Shown in pieces: positions 14,185-27,645 of a stretch of 64,000 bases of DNA (position 1 is the first letter of the stretch; every line of letters starts with the position of its first letter). Under the pieces are notes generated by a model. The model had not been told where the DNA came from. It made no database searches and saw nothing but the letters and a program-made list of their open reading frames with translations. The position numbers were made by a program, and so were the translations under genes. Source of the DNA: the human T2T-CHM13v2.0 reference genome, Homo sapiens; the NCBI RefSeq assembly GCF_009914755.1, contig NC_060933.1; one strand, 5' to 3'.

Positions 14185-14500
14185 TATAAACCTTTGTTAC
14201 TCAACGTGAATTCGCGGATCTGCAGCATCCACATTACCAAGCAACTTATTAAGAATACAGACTTTCAATCCCCACTCCAGAACTTCAATCTCAGATTCTG
14301 ACTTTAATAAAATCTCCAGGAGATTCCCAAGTTTGTTAGAAGTGGAGAAGCTCCAAGCCAGAGTACCTCAAATGCTTCAATATATCAGAATCGCCTTGGA
14401 GGAGGGGGCTTGTTAAAACACTTCCAGCTGGGCCATGGCCTGGTTTTCTGATTCTGTAGGTCCGGGGTGGGGTCCCTGGTAATGCTGATGCTGCTTAGAG
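14185..14500. mobile_element. Two adjacent MER5-type fragments
   Basis: gcagcatccacattacc...cttattaagaatacagac; atcagaatcgcc...ttctgattctgtaggtccggggtgggg. Confidence 0.6.
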
Positions 14501-15267
14501 CAGGAATCCAGATGAGCTATGCCACTCAGGTCATGCAGACACCAGCAGCAAATGGTAGTGGGCTATTCAATCCTCAGGTGGAAGAAGTATAACGGTCCTC
14601 CATTTTGTAAAGTAAATAAATCCAGTGTCACTCCTTTTGGGGAAGCCCCATCCTTCTCCACAGTCTCACGGGTGCACTTTCCCCAGAGTCTTTAGGTGGC
14701 TGTAAAAAGAGCCTCTTCAGCCGAGTTCCTGCTTTGCTCTCACAGCTTAGGACTCTGCAAGCTTACACTTGGCCCTTGTGCAAATGAGAAGATGTCCCCT
14801 CTCTTGGTGGACACAACCCTTCCCTCTGCTCAGACAGTGCGTGGCTTGAGGGGCAGAAGACCCTTTGTGCAAAGAACTTCCTGGACAGGTGCAGACACTC
14901 TGGATACCCAGCTGGGTGAGGGATGCACCTGCTGAGCCCCAGGCCACTCTCACCCTCTGCTGGTCACCTTGAATGTTATACAAACTGCACATCCCTCAAG
15001 GTACACATCAGCTCTGCTCCCCTACCAGGCCAGCATGGTCTGTGTGATGGCTCATAGCTCCATTTATGACCTTAGTCCACAGAGTGCCAGACACTGCCAA
15101 CAAAGAGGAAGAGCCAAATTCTGACACTGGGGACACAAACTAAGGGAGAAGGCAGCAGATGTACTGATCAGGTGCTGAGCAAGCAAGCATGCAGTGAATG
15201 AAAATACACACCTTTGGACTATGTTCTCCATGGTTTCTTTGTCTTACTTTTATCCTGTTCTCCCTAA

Positions 15268-15447
15268 GACAGTGGTTCTGGGGACCAGCAGTATCAGCAA
15301 TTCTGGTAAGTTGTTATAAATACACATGTCAGCTCCACCCTGGACCTGTTGATTCAGAAACTCTGAAGGTGGAGCCCAGCTATCTGCTTTTTAGCAAACA
15401 TTCCAGGTGATTCTGGTGCACAGCAGAGTTTGAAACTCATTGCACTA
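15268..15447. mobile_element. MER5A
   Basis: cagtggttct...accagcagtatcagc...tcagaaactctgaaggtggagcccagc...ccaggtgattctggtgcac. Confidence 0.75.
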
Positions 15448-16209
15448 CAATTTTTTTTAATTATACGTTTAGCAAATGCCCTATCAACATATCTCCTGTA
15501 AAATTCTTGAAAAGTTACCATGCTGGTAGAATGTGCTCAAGGGAACAATGCACCCCATCTGCTGTGATGTTTCTGGTAGTGAAGACTCAGCAGATTTTCC
15601 TGACATCACAACATTGGTTTCTTCCCAGCTGTCCCTTCTAAAGTTCTACCATGCAAGGGTGGAGCACATTCTTCTGCTGCCCAGAGGACACTCCATTTCC
15701 CAGCAGTCTTGGCACCAGCCAGGATGTCCACCTCCAGGACTGGCCTAGGTCTCTCTGTACTTCAAGCCCCAGTCACCATGCCCTCCTCAACAGGGTCACT
15801 CCATCCTAATCTCTGGAGGGGCCAAATCCTGGAAACTAAGGTCACAGCCCTGAAGTGCAAAACGCTCTGCAGATTGTGGAGAAAGGAAGCACATAAAGGC
15901 TTCCCCCCAAAAAGGAAGAAGAAAATAAAATTTTCTTTTCATTCTTGTCCATGAGTTTACTGGTCCAAACATAAGAGCTCTGAAGTTGGGGTGGCCCTTC
16001 AAAGATAGCCCACATTGAGGCAAGAAAGCCACTCTGGATCAGTCATTTTCTGTGTGCTGTCTCTCCTCACTCCTTAGGAATGTAATCTTGGGCAAGTTGG
16101 CTGTCTTTGGTAGAAGGTAATGTCAAGGAAGGGAGTTACCTGAGAGCCTTCGGCAGTGATACTCCAAAATTATAGATGTGTGATATATTTATAAACTAAT
16201 TTTAGTGCA

Positions 16210-16335
16210 ATGAGTTTCAAACTCTTCTGTGCATCAGAATCACCTGGATTGTTTGCTAAAAAGCAGAGTGCTGAGCTGCACCTTCAGAGTTTCTGAATCA
16301 GTAGGTCCGGAGTGGGACTGAAATGTGTATTTCTA
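16210..16335. mobile_element. MER5A fragment
   Basis: tgcatcagaatcacctgga...gagtttctgaatcagtaggtccggagtggg. Confidence 0.7.
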
Positions 16336-17957
16336 TTGTATTGCCACTGGTGCAATAAAAGCTTCAGTCCTGCGTGATGGATAAGGTGGTGCCCTATGGC
16401 ATCCCCCGGAGTGCCCAAGAGTGACTTTTAGAGGATGGTGTCATTTTGTTGCAAATAAAGAATCTCAGAGGTAGGTCTTCTTTGCAGCAGATAAAGCTAG
16501 TGTTATTCCACTGGTTTCAATCCTGATTCTCTATTTTTAATCATCCCTTCAGGCTGTACCATCCAACTGTACTAGGTGCTCTTAAGTTTAACAAGGTTTC
16601 ACCGTTCTTCTTCCTTCCTTCCTTTGATACCATGTGTGCCCCACTAAGAATGAGGCACCATGCTTTCTATGTGTTCTTAATCTTTTCAGCTTACCCAAGC
16701 TACACAGATGCTAAAGCTGACATCTGTTCTCTGTAATCTCAGAGAGTTTCTCATCCCTGCCTTATATGAGGTTGACCTAGTTTTCTTGGCCTACTCAAAA
16801 TATTAGTGAGCATGAACAGATGATTATATGTATAAAATGTAACTCTGTGCACTAACATTGCTCTGTGCATTCCTGGATCCAACTCATCTCACTCCTCTCC
16901 TTCCCTCCTCCCCAGACCTTCCACTATATCCTCTGGAATGCCTATGTCCTATTCATCAAATTCCTTGGAAATTTAAACTTCTTTGGGGAAGGACTGTTCT
17001 CCAGGTCCCTGCTTCTGGTCACATCTCAAGCAGAAGTTCTCCTTCCTCTGGATACATGATCTTTTCTGGGCCATATCTTCCCCTCTCAGCTGCAAAATCT
17101 TGCATCTTTTTGGATGATGTCATTCTCTTCCCTTCATCCTGTCGGCATCTGCCATCCTTTTGGCCTGGTGGTCTTCCTCTCTACCTGGCTGCCTGAAAGA
17201 TTCGCCCCATGTCTGGCCTCTATTGTCATGGTTCTCCTTTTCCTCATTGACATTTCCTGCACCACAGTCCAGCTGTCCCACCAATAGTCATATCCTGCTC
17301 CCTGGCTTCACAATAGAATATGGGTTTCAAGCATCCTAATTCCAGTCCAGTCACATAGCTATGCCTCCTCTTCAGCAGGCCTATGTCTCCCCTGTGCTCA
17401 GGATCTCTTCTTTCTAAGTGTCTGTCTCTTCCACACCCTCACTTCTCACTGTTAGATCTTCTCCATTTTTATAAGAGGTAGCAAAAACATTTTCTGTCTC
17501 TCTCACTCATTTGTCCCCTCTGAAAAATCAAAAAGATTGAAGGAATTACCAGGTAAGTATCAGTTTCCTAAGTGGTCTCCCCGACCTATGTGATCTCCAG
17601 TCTGTTCCCGTAGCAGCCAGGATGAGCAGAGCAGGATATTCTAGAGCTTTGAGAATCAAGTCCAAACCTTCATCTGGCTTATAAAGCTCTCATGATCCAG
17701 TTGCTTGCTACATCTCCAGTTTTATCTCAGGTCATCTCCCCTACTCACAGGTGCCAACGAGCCTGGCTTTCTTTCAATTCTCAAAATTCATCCTGCCCCC
17801 TCCTCCTACTGGGGCTGCTGCACATACCATTACTTGGCTCTGTGTGCTGTTATGGCCCTGGCTGTTTCACTGGATTCCTTGCCTCCAATATACCCCTAAA
17901 AATCTTGTCCACAGAGAGGCATTCTTTGATCACCTTGTTTAAAGTTGCATCACCTTC

Positions 17958-18422
17958 TGCTTTGGATTGAATTGTGTCCTCCAAAAAAAGATATATAAAA
18001 TACTAACCCCCAGTAACTCAAAATGTGACACTATTTGGAAACAGGGCTGTTACAGATAGAATAGGTTAAGAAGAGGTTATACTGGAGTAGGATGTGCCAC
18101 TACAGGGAACGCACCTTATAGAACACATGACTGATGTTCTTATAAGAAGAGACAAAGAGACACACAGAGAGAAAACCATCATGTGACAATGGAGGTAAAG
18201 GCTGTAGCAATGCATCTACAAGCCAAAGAATGCCAAAGATTGCCAGCAAACACCAGGAGCTGGGAGAAGTGAGGAAGGATTTTTCCCCAAGGCTTTAAAA
18301 GGAACAAGGCTGAAACCTTGGTTTTGGACTTCAACCTTCTAGAACTGTGAGACAATACCTCTATCTTTTTTAAACCATCCAGTTTTGGTACTTTGTTACA
18401 GATGCCCTAGCAAACTAATATA
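17958..18422 (+). mobile_element. MLT1C solo LTR
   Basis: ttgaattgtgtcctccaaaa...atgcatctacaagccaaagaatgccaaagattgccagcaaacaccagg...gtactttgttacag...aaactaata. Confidence 0.85.
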
Positions 18423-18427
18423 CTTCC

Positions 18428-18767
18428 TGATATGAACTAAATATTTGTAACCCTCCCCCGAATTCATATATTTGAAGCCTAAAAGCCCAATATGATAGTA
18501 TTTAGAGATAGGGACTTTGGAAGGGAATTAGACAATGATGGGAGAGCCTCATATGAGGAGAGACACCAGCACACTCTCTCTCTACCACATGAGGACACAG
18601 CAGGAAGGTGGCTATGTGCAAACCTAGAAGAGAGCCCTCACCAGACACCAGATCTCGTGGCACATTGATCTTGGAGTTTCATGCTTCCAGAAATGTGAGG
18701 TTTAAATTTCTGTTGTTTAATCCACAGTCTATAGTATTCTGTTATAGCAGCCTGGACTGCCCAGGAC
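18428..18767 (+). mobile_element. MLT1A-like solo LTR
   Basis: catgaggacacagcaggaaggtggct...agagagccctcaccagacacc...gttatagcagcc. Confidence 0.8.
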
Positions 18768-21700
18768 ACTTTCGATCATGCAGTCCCTAGTTTCTGCTTC
18801 CTTTATAGTCTAGGTTATGATATCTTTATTTTTGTATATTCGTCATTTATATGCTTATTTTTGTCTTCCCCTTTATTCTATAAGCTATATGAAGTTAGAC
18901 ACCATGAGTCTCTCTCATCATTTCTTCAGCATGTCAGGTTGAAAAAAAAAATTGAGGGAGGATGTACATAACTGCTACCTCCCTCACTACCTAGACTCTA
19001 AAGCAATAAAGAATATACACACTAATATACAGGAATCAAAATACTTGAGCAAGATGGCAAACTAGGAACTCCAGTTTCTTGTTCCATGTAGAAATATCAA
19101 GCAATAACAGACTGAGAGAACAGCTTAGTGAAAGTTCTAGAAACCAGTCAAGGATCTGTAGCAACCAAGTGAATGCCCAATAAAGAAAAAGCAAACTCTA
19201 AATAGTAGAAAATGGCAATGTGTTTGTGCTCACCTTGCCCCATTCCCTCCCTAGCAGAGTGCCAAAGGAAGCCACTCAATTCCTGGGATCTTTCTTGGGA
19301 AAGAAGTAAAAGAATATAACTTGTTTGCAGTGTTCTAGCTTGTCTGGGGACCGTCCAAGGAAGGGGTTTCTGTCTTTCCTGACTCAGCAATCACACAAGA
19401 ATAATGGAAGTTTGGATAGTAGGTCAGGGGATATTGAAAGCAGCGATGTGTGTTGGAATGCCTGAAAACTACAGGGGAACTTCAGACCCATAGATATCTG
19501 GAAGGAAGATATTACAGGCAGAGGACCACAATATGACAACTAAGGCCAGGGAAGAAGAAGGGGTGAAACCCCTAGGAAAATCAGGACATGTAAAAATAGT
19601 CATGTATATAGGGGTACTGGGAAAACGGTACATACACAGTCCTAGGGAAGATGCATCCCCAGAAGAGCCACAGAACACCTTACATCGCCATGCCAAGCTG
19701 ATTAATAAGGATCTATCCTGCACAGAGGCAGTCTGCAAAGTCTGCAGTGTGGCTGTTTTTATTCAAATGCCCAATTTTCAACAAAAATTCACAAAGGATA
19801 CAATGAAACAGGAAAATATGGTCCATTCAGAGGAACAAAATAAATCTATAAAAACAGATTCTAAAGAAACACTGGCTTCAAACTTACTAGACAAAAACTT
19901 ACTAGACAAAGACTGTTCTATATATGCTCAAAGAGCCAAAGAAAGCATGGACAAAGAACTAAAGGAAATCAGAAAAAAATGATATATGAATGAAATTAGA
20001 ATGTCAGTAAAGAGATTATTAAACAGAACCAAATCAAAATTCGGGAGCTAAAAAATACAATTACTGAATTAAAAAATTTACTGGAAGGCTTCAACAGCAG
20101 ATTTTAACAAGTGGAGAAAAGATTCAGCAAACTTGAAGACAGATCATTTTAAGATATCAAGTCTCAGGAGCAAAAAGAAAAACAAATAAAGAAAAGTGAA
20201 AAGAACCTAAGGGATTAATGAAGCACCATCAAGCAGACCAATATATACATTAAAGGAACTTCAGAAGAAAAAAAGGAGCAAAAAAAAAAAAAAAAAAAAA
20301 TGACCTAACTTCCCAAATTTGAAGAAAGACATGGATATATAAATGCAAGAATGGCAATGAGCTCCAAGTAGACTAAATCCAAAGAGACTTAACTGATACA
20401 CATTATAATTAAACTGTTGAAAGTTGAAGACAAAGAATGTTGAAAGTAGTGAGAGAAAAGCAACATGTCATGTACAATGGATCCCCAATAAGATTATCAG
20501 CAGAGTTTGCAGCAGAAACTTGGCAGGCCAGGAGGCAATAGGACGATGTATTTAAAGTCCTAAACATAAAACAACTGTCAACAAAAACTTTGTATCTCCC
20601 AAAACTCTCTTTCAAAAATGAGGGAGAAATTAAGACATTCCAAGGTAAACAAAAATTGAATGAGTCTATTATCACTAGACCTACCTGAAAAGAAATCCTA
20701 AAGGAAATTCTTCAAGTTGAAATCAAAGGATGTGAGACAGTAACTTGAAGCCACACAAAAATTTAGAAATCTTTGGTAAAGTTAAATACCTAAGGAAAAA
20801 AATTAATAATATTATTGTAATTTTGGTTCTTGACTCCCCTTACTATTAATTTAAAAGACAAAATTAATTTTTTAAATAATTTTAATAATAATTTTTTTAA
20901 GTAAGGGAGTTCTTGACTCCCCTTACTATTATATAATTTAAAAGACAAAAGCATAAAATAATTACAAATCTATATTAATGAGTACTGTATATAATGGATA
21001 CAAAATACATAAAGATGTAATTCAGTACATTTAATAATATAAAGTGAGGGCAGAGCTGTAAATGACTAGAGGACTTCTTTTGTCGTACACAATTGAAATT
21101 AAGTTGTTACAAGTTTGAAATAGATTTTTATAACTTTAGGATGTTATATGTAATCCCCTGGTAAGCACAAAGAAAATATCTGTAAAATATGCACAAAAGA
21201 AAATGAGAAAAAAAATCAAAATATGCTGCTACAAAAAATCAACTGAAAACAAAGGAGGGCAGTAGGAAGAAAATGAGGGCCCCCCAAAAACCTATCATAC
21301 ATATAGAAAAAAATAAAGTGGTAATAGTAAGTTTTATATTATCAATAACTACTTTAAACTCTCCAATCAAAAAGCATAGATTGGCAGAATATGTAGAAAA
21401 ATAAGACACAACTATATGCTATCTACAAAATATTCACTTCTGGCCTAAGGACATGCACAAGTTGAAAGTGAAATAATGAAAAAAGATGTTCCATGAAAAT
21501 AGTAACCAAGAGAGCAGAGGTGGCTATACTAAAATTAGAAAAATAGACTTCAAGTCAAAGACTGTTATAAGAGATAAATATATGATACAATGATAAAATT
21601 CAATTTATTAAGAAAATATAACAATTATAAAAATATATGCACCAAACATCAGAGCTCCAAAATATAAAAAGCAAATATTAACATTAACGGAAAAATAGAC

Positions 21701-22210
21701 AACTCTACAATAATAGTAGGAGACTTCAATATTCCATTTTAAATAAAAAATAGAACAACTAAATTAAAGATTAATAAAAAAGCAGAGAGTGAACACACTG
21801 TAAAACTATTGGAACTAGCAAACATATACATAGCACTCCACCCAACATGAGCAGAATTTAAAGTATACATGCAAATTTCTCACTAGATTATACATCAGGT
21901 CACAAAATGAGTTTCAATAATTTTTTAAAAGGTTGATTGAAATCCATAAAAATATCTTTTATATTCACAAAGGAATGAAACTACAAATCAATGGCAGAAG
22001 GAAAACTGGAAAATCCCCAAAATAAAGACCAGTGGATCAGAGAAAAAATCACGAGAGATTATAAAATACTTAACATAAATGAAAATAAAATCACAACATC
22101 TCAAAAGTTATGAGATGCAATAAAAACAGTGCTAAGAGAAATTTATAGCTGTAAATGCTTCTAGTAAAAGTGAAGAAAGATCTCAAATTAACAACCTAAA
22201 CTTTATGCCT

Positions 22211-22562
22211 TGTATTAGTGTGTTCTCACACTGCTAATAAAGACATGCCCAAAACTGGGTAATTTATAAAGAAAAGAGGTTTAACTGACTCACAGTTCCA
22301 CATGGCTGAGGAGGCCTCACAATCATGGCCGAAGGCAAATGAGGAGCAAAGTCACATCTTACCTGGTGGCAGCAAGAGAGCGTTTGCAGGGGAAGTCCCC
22401 TTTATACAACCATCAGATCTCATGAGACTTATTCACTATCATAAGAACAGCACCCGCCCCATGATTCAATTACCTCCACCAGGTCCCTCCCACAACAGAT
22501 GGGAATTATGGTAGCTACAATTCAAGATGAGATTTGGGTGGGGACAAAGCCAACCTATATCA
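22211..22562 (-). mobile_element. THE1 (B/C-like) solo LTR inserted in L1M ORF2
   Basis: tgtattagt...gactcacagttccacatggctgaggaggcctcacaatcatgg...tttgggtggggacaaagccaacctatatca; 5-bp TSD tgcct/tgtct. Confidence 0.9.
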
Positions 22563-23920
22563 TGTCTTAAAGAACTAGAAAAAGAAGAACACACTAAACC
22601 CAAAGCTAGCAGAATGAAGGGAGTAATAAAAATTAGAGAAGAGATCAACCAAATAGAGAAGAGAGAAACAATAGAAAGTTAACAAAACTAAGAGCTGACT
22701 TTCTGAAAAGGTAAACAAAATTGACAAACCTTCAACTACATTGATAAATTTTAAAAATGAGAAGACTCATATTACTAAATTCAGAAATGAAAGAAAAGAC
22801 ATTACTATTAATATTATAGAAATACAAAGGATTATAAAAATGTACTATAGACAACTGTATGCCAAGAAATCAGATAACCAAGATAAATTAATGAATTCCT
22901 AGAAACACAGCCTAATAAGACAGAAACATGAAGAAATAGGAAATCTGTATATACCTATGACTAATGAGGAGATTTGATCAGTAAGCAAAAACTTAACAAA
23001 TACATAACAGCCAATTCTTCTCAGTTGGAATTATTAGACAGGGAATTTAAAACAACTATAATTAATATGCTAATGGCTCTAATGGGCAAAGTAGACAACA
23101 TGCAAAAACAGATAGGCAATATAAGCAGAGAGATGAAAATCCTAAGGCATAACTAAAAAAAAAAAAAATACTAGATTTAAAAAAAAAACTGTGGCAGAAA
23201 CAAAGGGTACTATTCATGAGCTCATTAGTAGACAGGACACAGTTGAGGACAGAATACCAGAACTTGAAGATATGACGATAGAAGCTTCCAAACTGAAAAG
23301 TGAAGAAACAAAGCCTGAAATAAACAAAACTGTATAGCCAAGGACAGTAGGACGACACAGAAAGAATACTCTATGCATAATGAGAATACCAGAAGAAGAA
23401 AGAGAGAAAGTAACAGAAGAAACATTTGAAAAAATTAGGGAAAAGTGTTATGACATTAAATTTAGCAATGACACCAAAATATATGACATCAACAGAACAG
23501 GCAACAAAATGAAAAATAGATAAATGGATTACATTAGAACTAAAACCTCTATGCATCAGGACACAATCAACAGAGTAAAAAGGCAACACACAGAATGGGA
23601 GAGAATATTTGCAAATCATACATCTGATAAGGGGTTAATATCCAAAATCTAAAGAACTTCTACACCTGAACAATAACAACAAATGATGGAGAAATGTGCA
23701 AGAACTTGAATAGACATTTCTCCAAGGAAGATATATAAATGGCCAATAAGCACATGAAAAGATGCTCAACATCACTCATCATTAAGGAAAAGCAAATCAA
23801 AATGAAATGAAAATCATTTAAATTAATTTAAATGATTAATTGTTATATATTTAAATTAGCATTAATAAATTAGGATTAATAAATTAGGACGGCTAATTTA
23901 AAAACAAACAAAAACAAAGG

Positions 23921-24222
23921 GGCCGGGCGCAGTGGCTCATGCCTGTAATCCCAGCACTTTGGGAGGCCGAGGCAGGCAGATCACTTGAGGTCAGGAGTTC
24001 AAGACCAGGCTAGCCAACATGGTGAAACCCCGTCTCTACTAAAAATACAAAAACTCACTGGGCGTGGTGGCAGGCGCCTGTAATCCTAGCTAGTCGGGAG
24101 GCTGAGGCAGAAGAATAGCTTGAACCTGGGAGGCGGAGGTTGCAGTGAGCCGAGATTGCACCACTGCACTTCAGCCTGGGTGACAGAGCAAGACTCTGTC
24201 TCAAAAAAAAAAAAAAAAAAAA
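23921..24222 (+). mobile_element. AluS (Sx/Sz-like)
   Basis: Full dimer with poly-A tail. Confidence 0.95.
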
Positions 24223-25509
24223 GGAAAAGAAAAAGAAAGTAAACAGAAAATAGCAATTATTAGTGAGGATGTGGGGAACTGTTGCTGGAAATGCAAAATG
24301 ATGCAGCCACTCTGGAAAACAGTATGATGGTTCCTGAAAAACTTCAGTGTAGATTTGTCACATGATCTTGCAGTTCCACTTCTGGATATATACTCAAAAA
24401 ATTGAAAGCAGCAAGTTGAGCATATATTTGATATATTTGTACACCAATGTCCATAGCAGCATTATTCACAATAGCCAAAATGTGGAAAAAAATTCAAATG
24501 TCCATTGACAGACAAATGGATAAACAAAATGTAGTATAGATATATAATGAACTATTACTAATCTTTCCAAAAAGAGGAAATTCTGCCACATGCTACAACA
24601 TGGATGAGCCTTGAGAACATTAAGGTAAGTGAAACAAGCCAATCACAAAAGCCAACACACAAATACTGTGTGATTCCACTTGCATGAAGTGTCTAGAATA
24701 GTCAAATTCATAAAGACAGAAAATAGAATGGTGGTCGCCAGGGGTTGGGCGAGGGGGAAGCAAAAAGTTATAGGTTGATGGAGACAGAGTATCAGTTTTG
24801 CAAGATGACGAGTTCTAGAAACTAATGGTGGCAATAGCTGTGCAACAATATTAATGTACTTAATGCCACTGAACTGTACATTTAAACATAGTTAAAGTAG
24901 TGAATTTTATGTGTATTTTACAATTCTTTTAAAAGCTTATACAGAAGTGAAGCAGAGAACAAAATAGCACTATCATCATTTAAGGCTGGTATTACCAAAT
25001 ACGTCTTACATCTTCAGACAAGTGAGCTTACTGTTATACTACTGAACTCTTGAGTTTAGAGACTTGCCTGCCCAACCACAGGCTGCTTGGAACTCCTGCC
25101 AGCTGTGTCCCGCTAGGGACCTGGCCCTGTAAAACTCTCAGTGGGGAGGAGCAGAAGAGAAAACATATGCTTCCCACAGTCCAAGGGACTTCAAGGTGAA
25201 TTTGGACTCAAAGCAAAGGGAGACTAGAAATTGAGGAGAGTGCCATTTGATGTCTTCTTGCATTTGGTATAATTTGTCTCTGTTTTGCACCATGACCTTG
25301 TTAATACTGTCCTTCCACCCCTGCTTCCACCCCACCCAGATATTCTAATTACGTTGGCCCTTTTTTCCCATCTCTCTCTTTGTGAAAGGAAACATTTCTT
25401 TAACATAGCTTATCCATTTTTTATTCGTTCTTGCTATGGAAATATATATTTTTTTCAAAGATCTCTTTTCGGAAGGCTGCTGGCAACTTGATCTAATTTG
25501 GACTGATTG

Positions 25510-25780
25510 TTTTCTGGGCTTGCTGGAACTCTGAAGTGGATTAGGAAGGGAAGAGACTAGAGACAGAGAGACAAGTCAGGTGAGACATCAGGAATCGCAG
25601 AAGGGAGAGATGAAGGGCTGAACTGAGGCAGCGACAGAACACAGAAGTCAGGCAGAATTGATACTTAAGGAAGTAGACTGTCCAAGGTTTGATGGTCAGA
25701 GATGGGAGAGCACAAATGTATTCTCAAGTTCATGCCTTGCTGGATAGATCCTGGTACAATTAAAACTAGTTAGAAGGATT
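25510..25780 (-). mobile_element. L2 fragment
   Basis: gagagatgaagggctgaactgaggcag-type antisense L2 motif. Confidence 0.5.
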
Positions 25781-25856
25781 TGGTTACTCTAGATGTTCAC
25801 TCTCTACTGTATAATTTTTTAACATTAAGGAATTTTCTTAAAAAAAAATCTAATTA

Positions 25857-25980
25857 CTGTAATCCTAGCACTTTGTGAAGCAGAAGCAGGCCGATTTCTT
25901 GAGTCCAGGAGTTTAAGACCAGCCTGGGCAACATAAGGAGACTCACCTCTACAAAAAAATATAAAAAATTAGCTAGGCAT
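25857..25980 (+). mobile_element. Alu left monomer / FLAM-like fragment
   Basis: ctgtaatcctagcactttg...gaccagcctgggcaacata...aaattagctaggcat. Confidence 0.85.
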
Positions 25981-25985
25981 TTTTA

Positions 25986-26364
<379 letters not shown>

Positions 26365-27031
26365 TCACTTACCCAGTTACCTGTCAATGAACATTTGGGT
26401 TGTTTCCACATTTAGCTATTGTGTTCATAGGCATGCTTTTATGAACATTGGTGTATGAGTATCTTTTTTAATTCCCTGCTTTCAATTCTGGGTAGATATT
26501 CGAAAGTGGAATTGCTGGATTATATGGAAATTCTGTTTGATTTTTTGAGGAACTGCCATATTATTTTCCACAGTAGCTGCACCGTTTGACATTCCTACCA
26601 ACAGTTCTCTACATCATTGACATCTCTTATTATTTTCTGTTTTGTTTTTTATATTAGCCATCCTAACAAATGTGATATCTCATTGCTGTTTTGGTTTGTA
26701 TTTCCCTAATTATTAGTGATGTGAAACATCTTTTCATGTGCTTAATGGCCATTTATATATCTTACTTGTAGAAGTGTCTCTTGAAGTTCTTTGCCCATTT
26801 ATAAACAATTTTCTTGTCATTGAGTTGTAGGATTTCTTTGTATAATCTGGTTATCATCTTTTATCCTTTATCAAATGCATGATTTGCAAATGTTTTCTCA
26901 TTCTGTGTGTTGTCTTTTTACTCTGTTGATACTGGCCTTTGAGAAACAAAAGGTTTTCATTTTTATGAAATTCAATTTATCTACATTTTTATTGCCTGTT
27001 TTGGTGTTGTACCTAAGAGATCATTGCCTAA

Positions 27032-27330
<299 letters not shown>

Positions 27331-27645
27331 TGTTTCAGCTCTAGGTAAGGTTAAATCATTCTCCTGTAATGTGGATTGTCAGATTCCCCAGGGTGGATAT
27401 TGTTCAGAGGCAGACATTTCCCCCTCTCACACTTAGGGAATTCGAAGTTTTTTGGCTATCTCACAGAGTTTGCAGCAGCAACCTGCTTCTTTCAAAGGAT
27501 CTGTGAATTCTTACAGCCTTCCTGGTATGTTCCCATGATGGTTCTTGGAGCAAAAGTTTACAATGTGAGTCTCCACATGCTGTCTGTCTGTCCAAATGGA
27601 AGCTGCATATTAGTCCTGTCTTCTATCTACCATTTTCTTCCCTAA
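27331..27645 (-). mobile_element. Isolated L1PB(a)-type 5' end
   Basis: Minus strand aaaatggtagatagaagacaggactaatatgcagcttccatttggacagacag...gactcacattgtaaacttttgctccaagaac resembles the L1PBa 5' terminus. Confidence 0.65.

Larger units (their letters stand above)
17550..18930 (+). mobile_element. L2 3' fragment interrupted by two MaLR LTRs
   Basis: L2 motifs at 17560-17950 and 18790-18930 (ctataagctatatgaagttagac). Confidence 0.55.
19040..24930 (+). mobile_element. Old L1M (L1MB-like): 5' UTR, ORF1 and ORF2 remnants, 3' UTR; RT core missing
   Basis: caagatggc 5' motif; decayed ORF1 ~19800-20790; EN region 21330-22200; 3' UTR aatgtacttaatgccactgaactgtac. Confidence 0.85.
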
